From Phycisphaerales bacterium (GTDB lineage: Bacteria > Planctomycetota > Phycisphaerae > Phycisphaerales > UBA1924): a DNA stretch of 64,000 nucleotides. The notes under the pieces were generated by a model that was given only the letters and a program-made list of their open reading frames with translations, was not told where the DNA came from and made no database searches. Each line of letters starts with the position of its first letter. The first letter of the stretch is position 1. The stretch covers positions 960,001 through 1,024,000 of the forward strand of contig OZ245777.1 in NCBI GenBank assembly GCA_965227775.1, in the 5' to 3' direction. The position numbers and the translations under genes are program-made. Positions 63,650-64,000 of the stretch are shown here, one piece after another.

Positions 63650-64000
63650 GGGCGGCGACCGATTGGCGATCGACTAAAGCCTCTTGACCAGTCGACCCTT
63701 CCGCCCACTCCTCCAGCGCCCCATACACCGCTCCAGGCCCCTCCGCCGTCCGGATCGATTCGCGCAGGTCCTTGCAGTGCCCGCCATTAATCCGCTTGGC
63801 GAACCACGAGATCCGGCGGCGGATGTGCGTCATCGCGTAGTGCTCGCCGCGGTACTCGAGCATGCGGTCGAAGAATGTGCGCACGATGTCGAGCTTGTCC
63901 CGCTCGCTCGGTTCGCGTGCCACCTCGCCGGTCGTCTGCAGCGCCCACGCATCGCGGAAGATCCACGGCGTGCTCAGCGCGCCGCGGCCGATCATGACAC
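63636..64000 (-). CDS. dusB: tRNA-dihydrouridine synthase, C-terminal part (runs off window)
   Basis: VMIGRGALSTPWIF and helical RRRISWFAK C-domain. Confidence 0.75.
   Translation of the reverse strand, partial: VMIGRGALSTPWIFRDAWALQTTGEVAREPSERDKLDIVRTFFDRMLEYRGEHYAMTHIRRRISWFAKRINGGHCKDLRESIRTAEGPGAVYGALEEWAEGSTGQEALVDRQSVAARRIR

Overview
High-GC bacterial chromosomal window. It is most consistent with a Planctomycetota/Phycisphaerales genome (inferred from 11 secreted proteins with the C-terminal 'GC-type dockerin' motif ...DxDGDGxLTIFDFLxFQNxFDAGC, homodimeric-type glycyl-tRNA synthetase, and CxxC zinc-ribbon membrane proteins). Most of the window is housekeeping or metabolic: lpdA, glyQS, der, truA, phhA, ppdK, pabB-like, NUDIX, glycosyltransferases, bamA, pyrC, map, elbB, tRNA-Ser(GCT), pdhB, pdhC, gpsA, a P1B-type ATPase and partial dusB. 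The standout is a compact, intact, host-like ~5.1 kb minus-strand operon (14145-19213) encoding portal, scaffold, DUF5309/SU10-type major capsid, head-tail adaptor, two tail-tube/GpU-like proteins and a BhlA-like holin. No terminase, integrase, replication, tape-measure or lysin gene is visible, so it is a candidate domesticated phage-particle system (GTA-like). Other notable items: a P1B ATPase lacking the CPC metal-binding motif, a LolA-like/thioredoxin fusion with CxxC replaced by SxxS, a dockerin gene with three indels behind a highly structured leader, a duplicated palindromic promoter, and an orphan dockerin remnant. All product calls come from reading motifs by eye; no searches were run.
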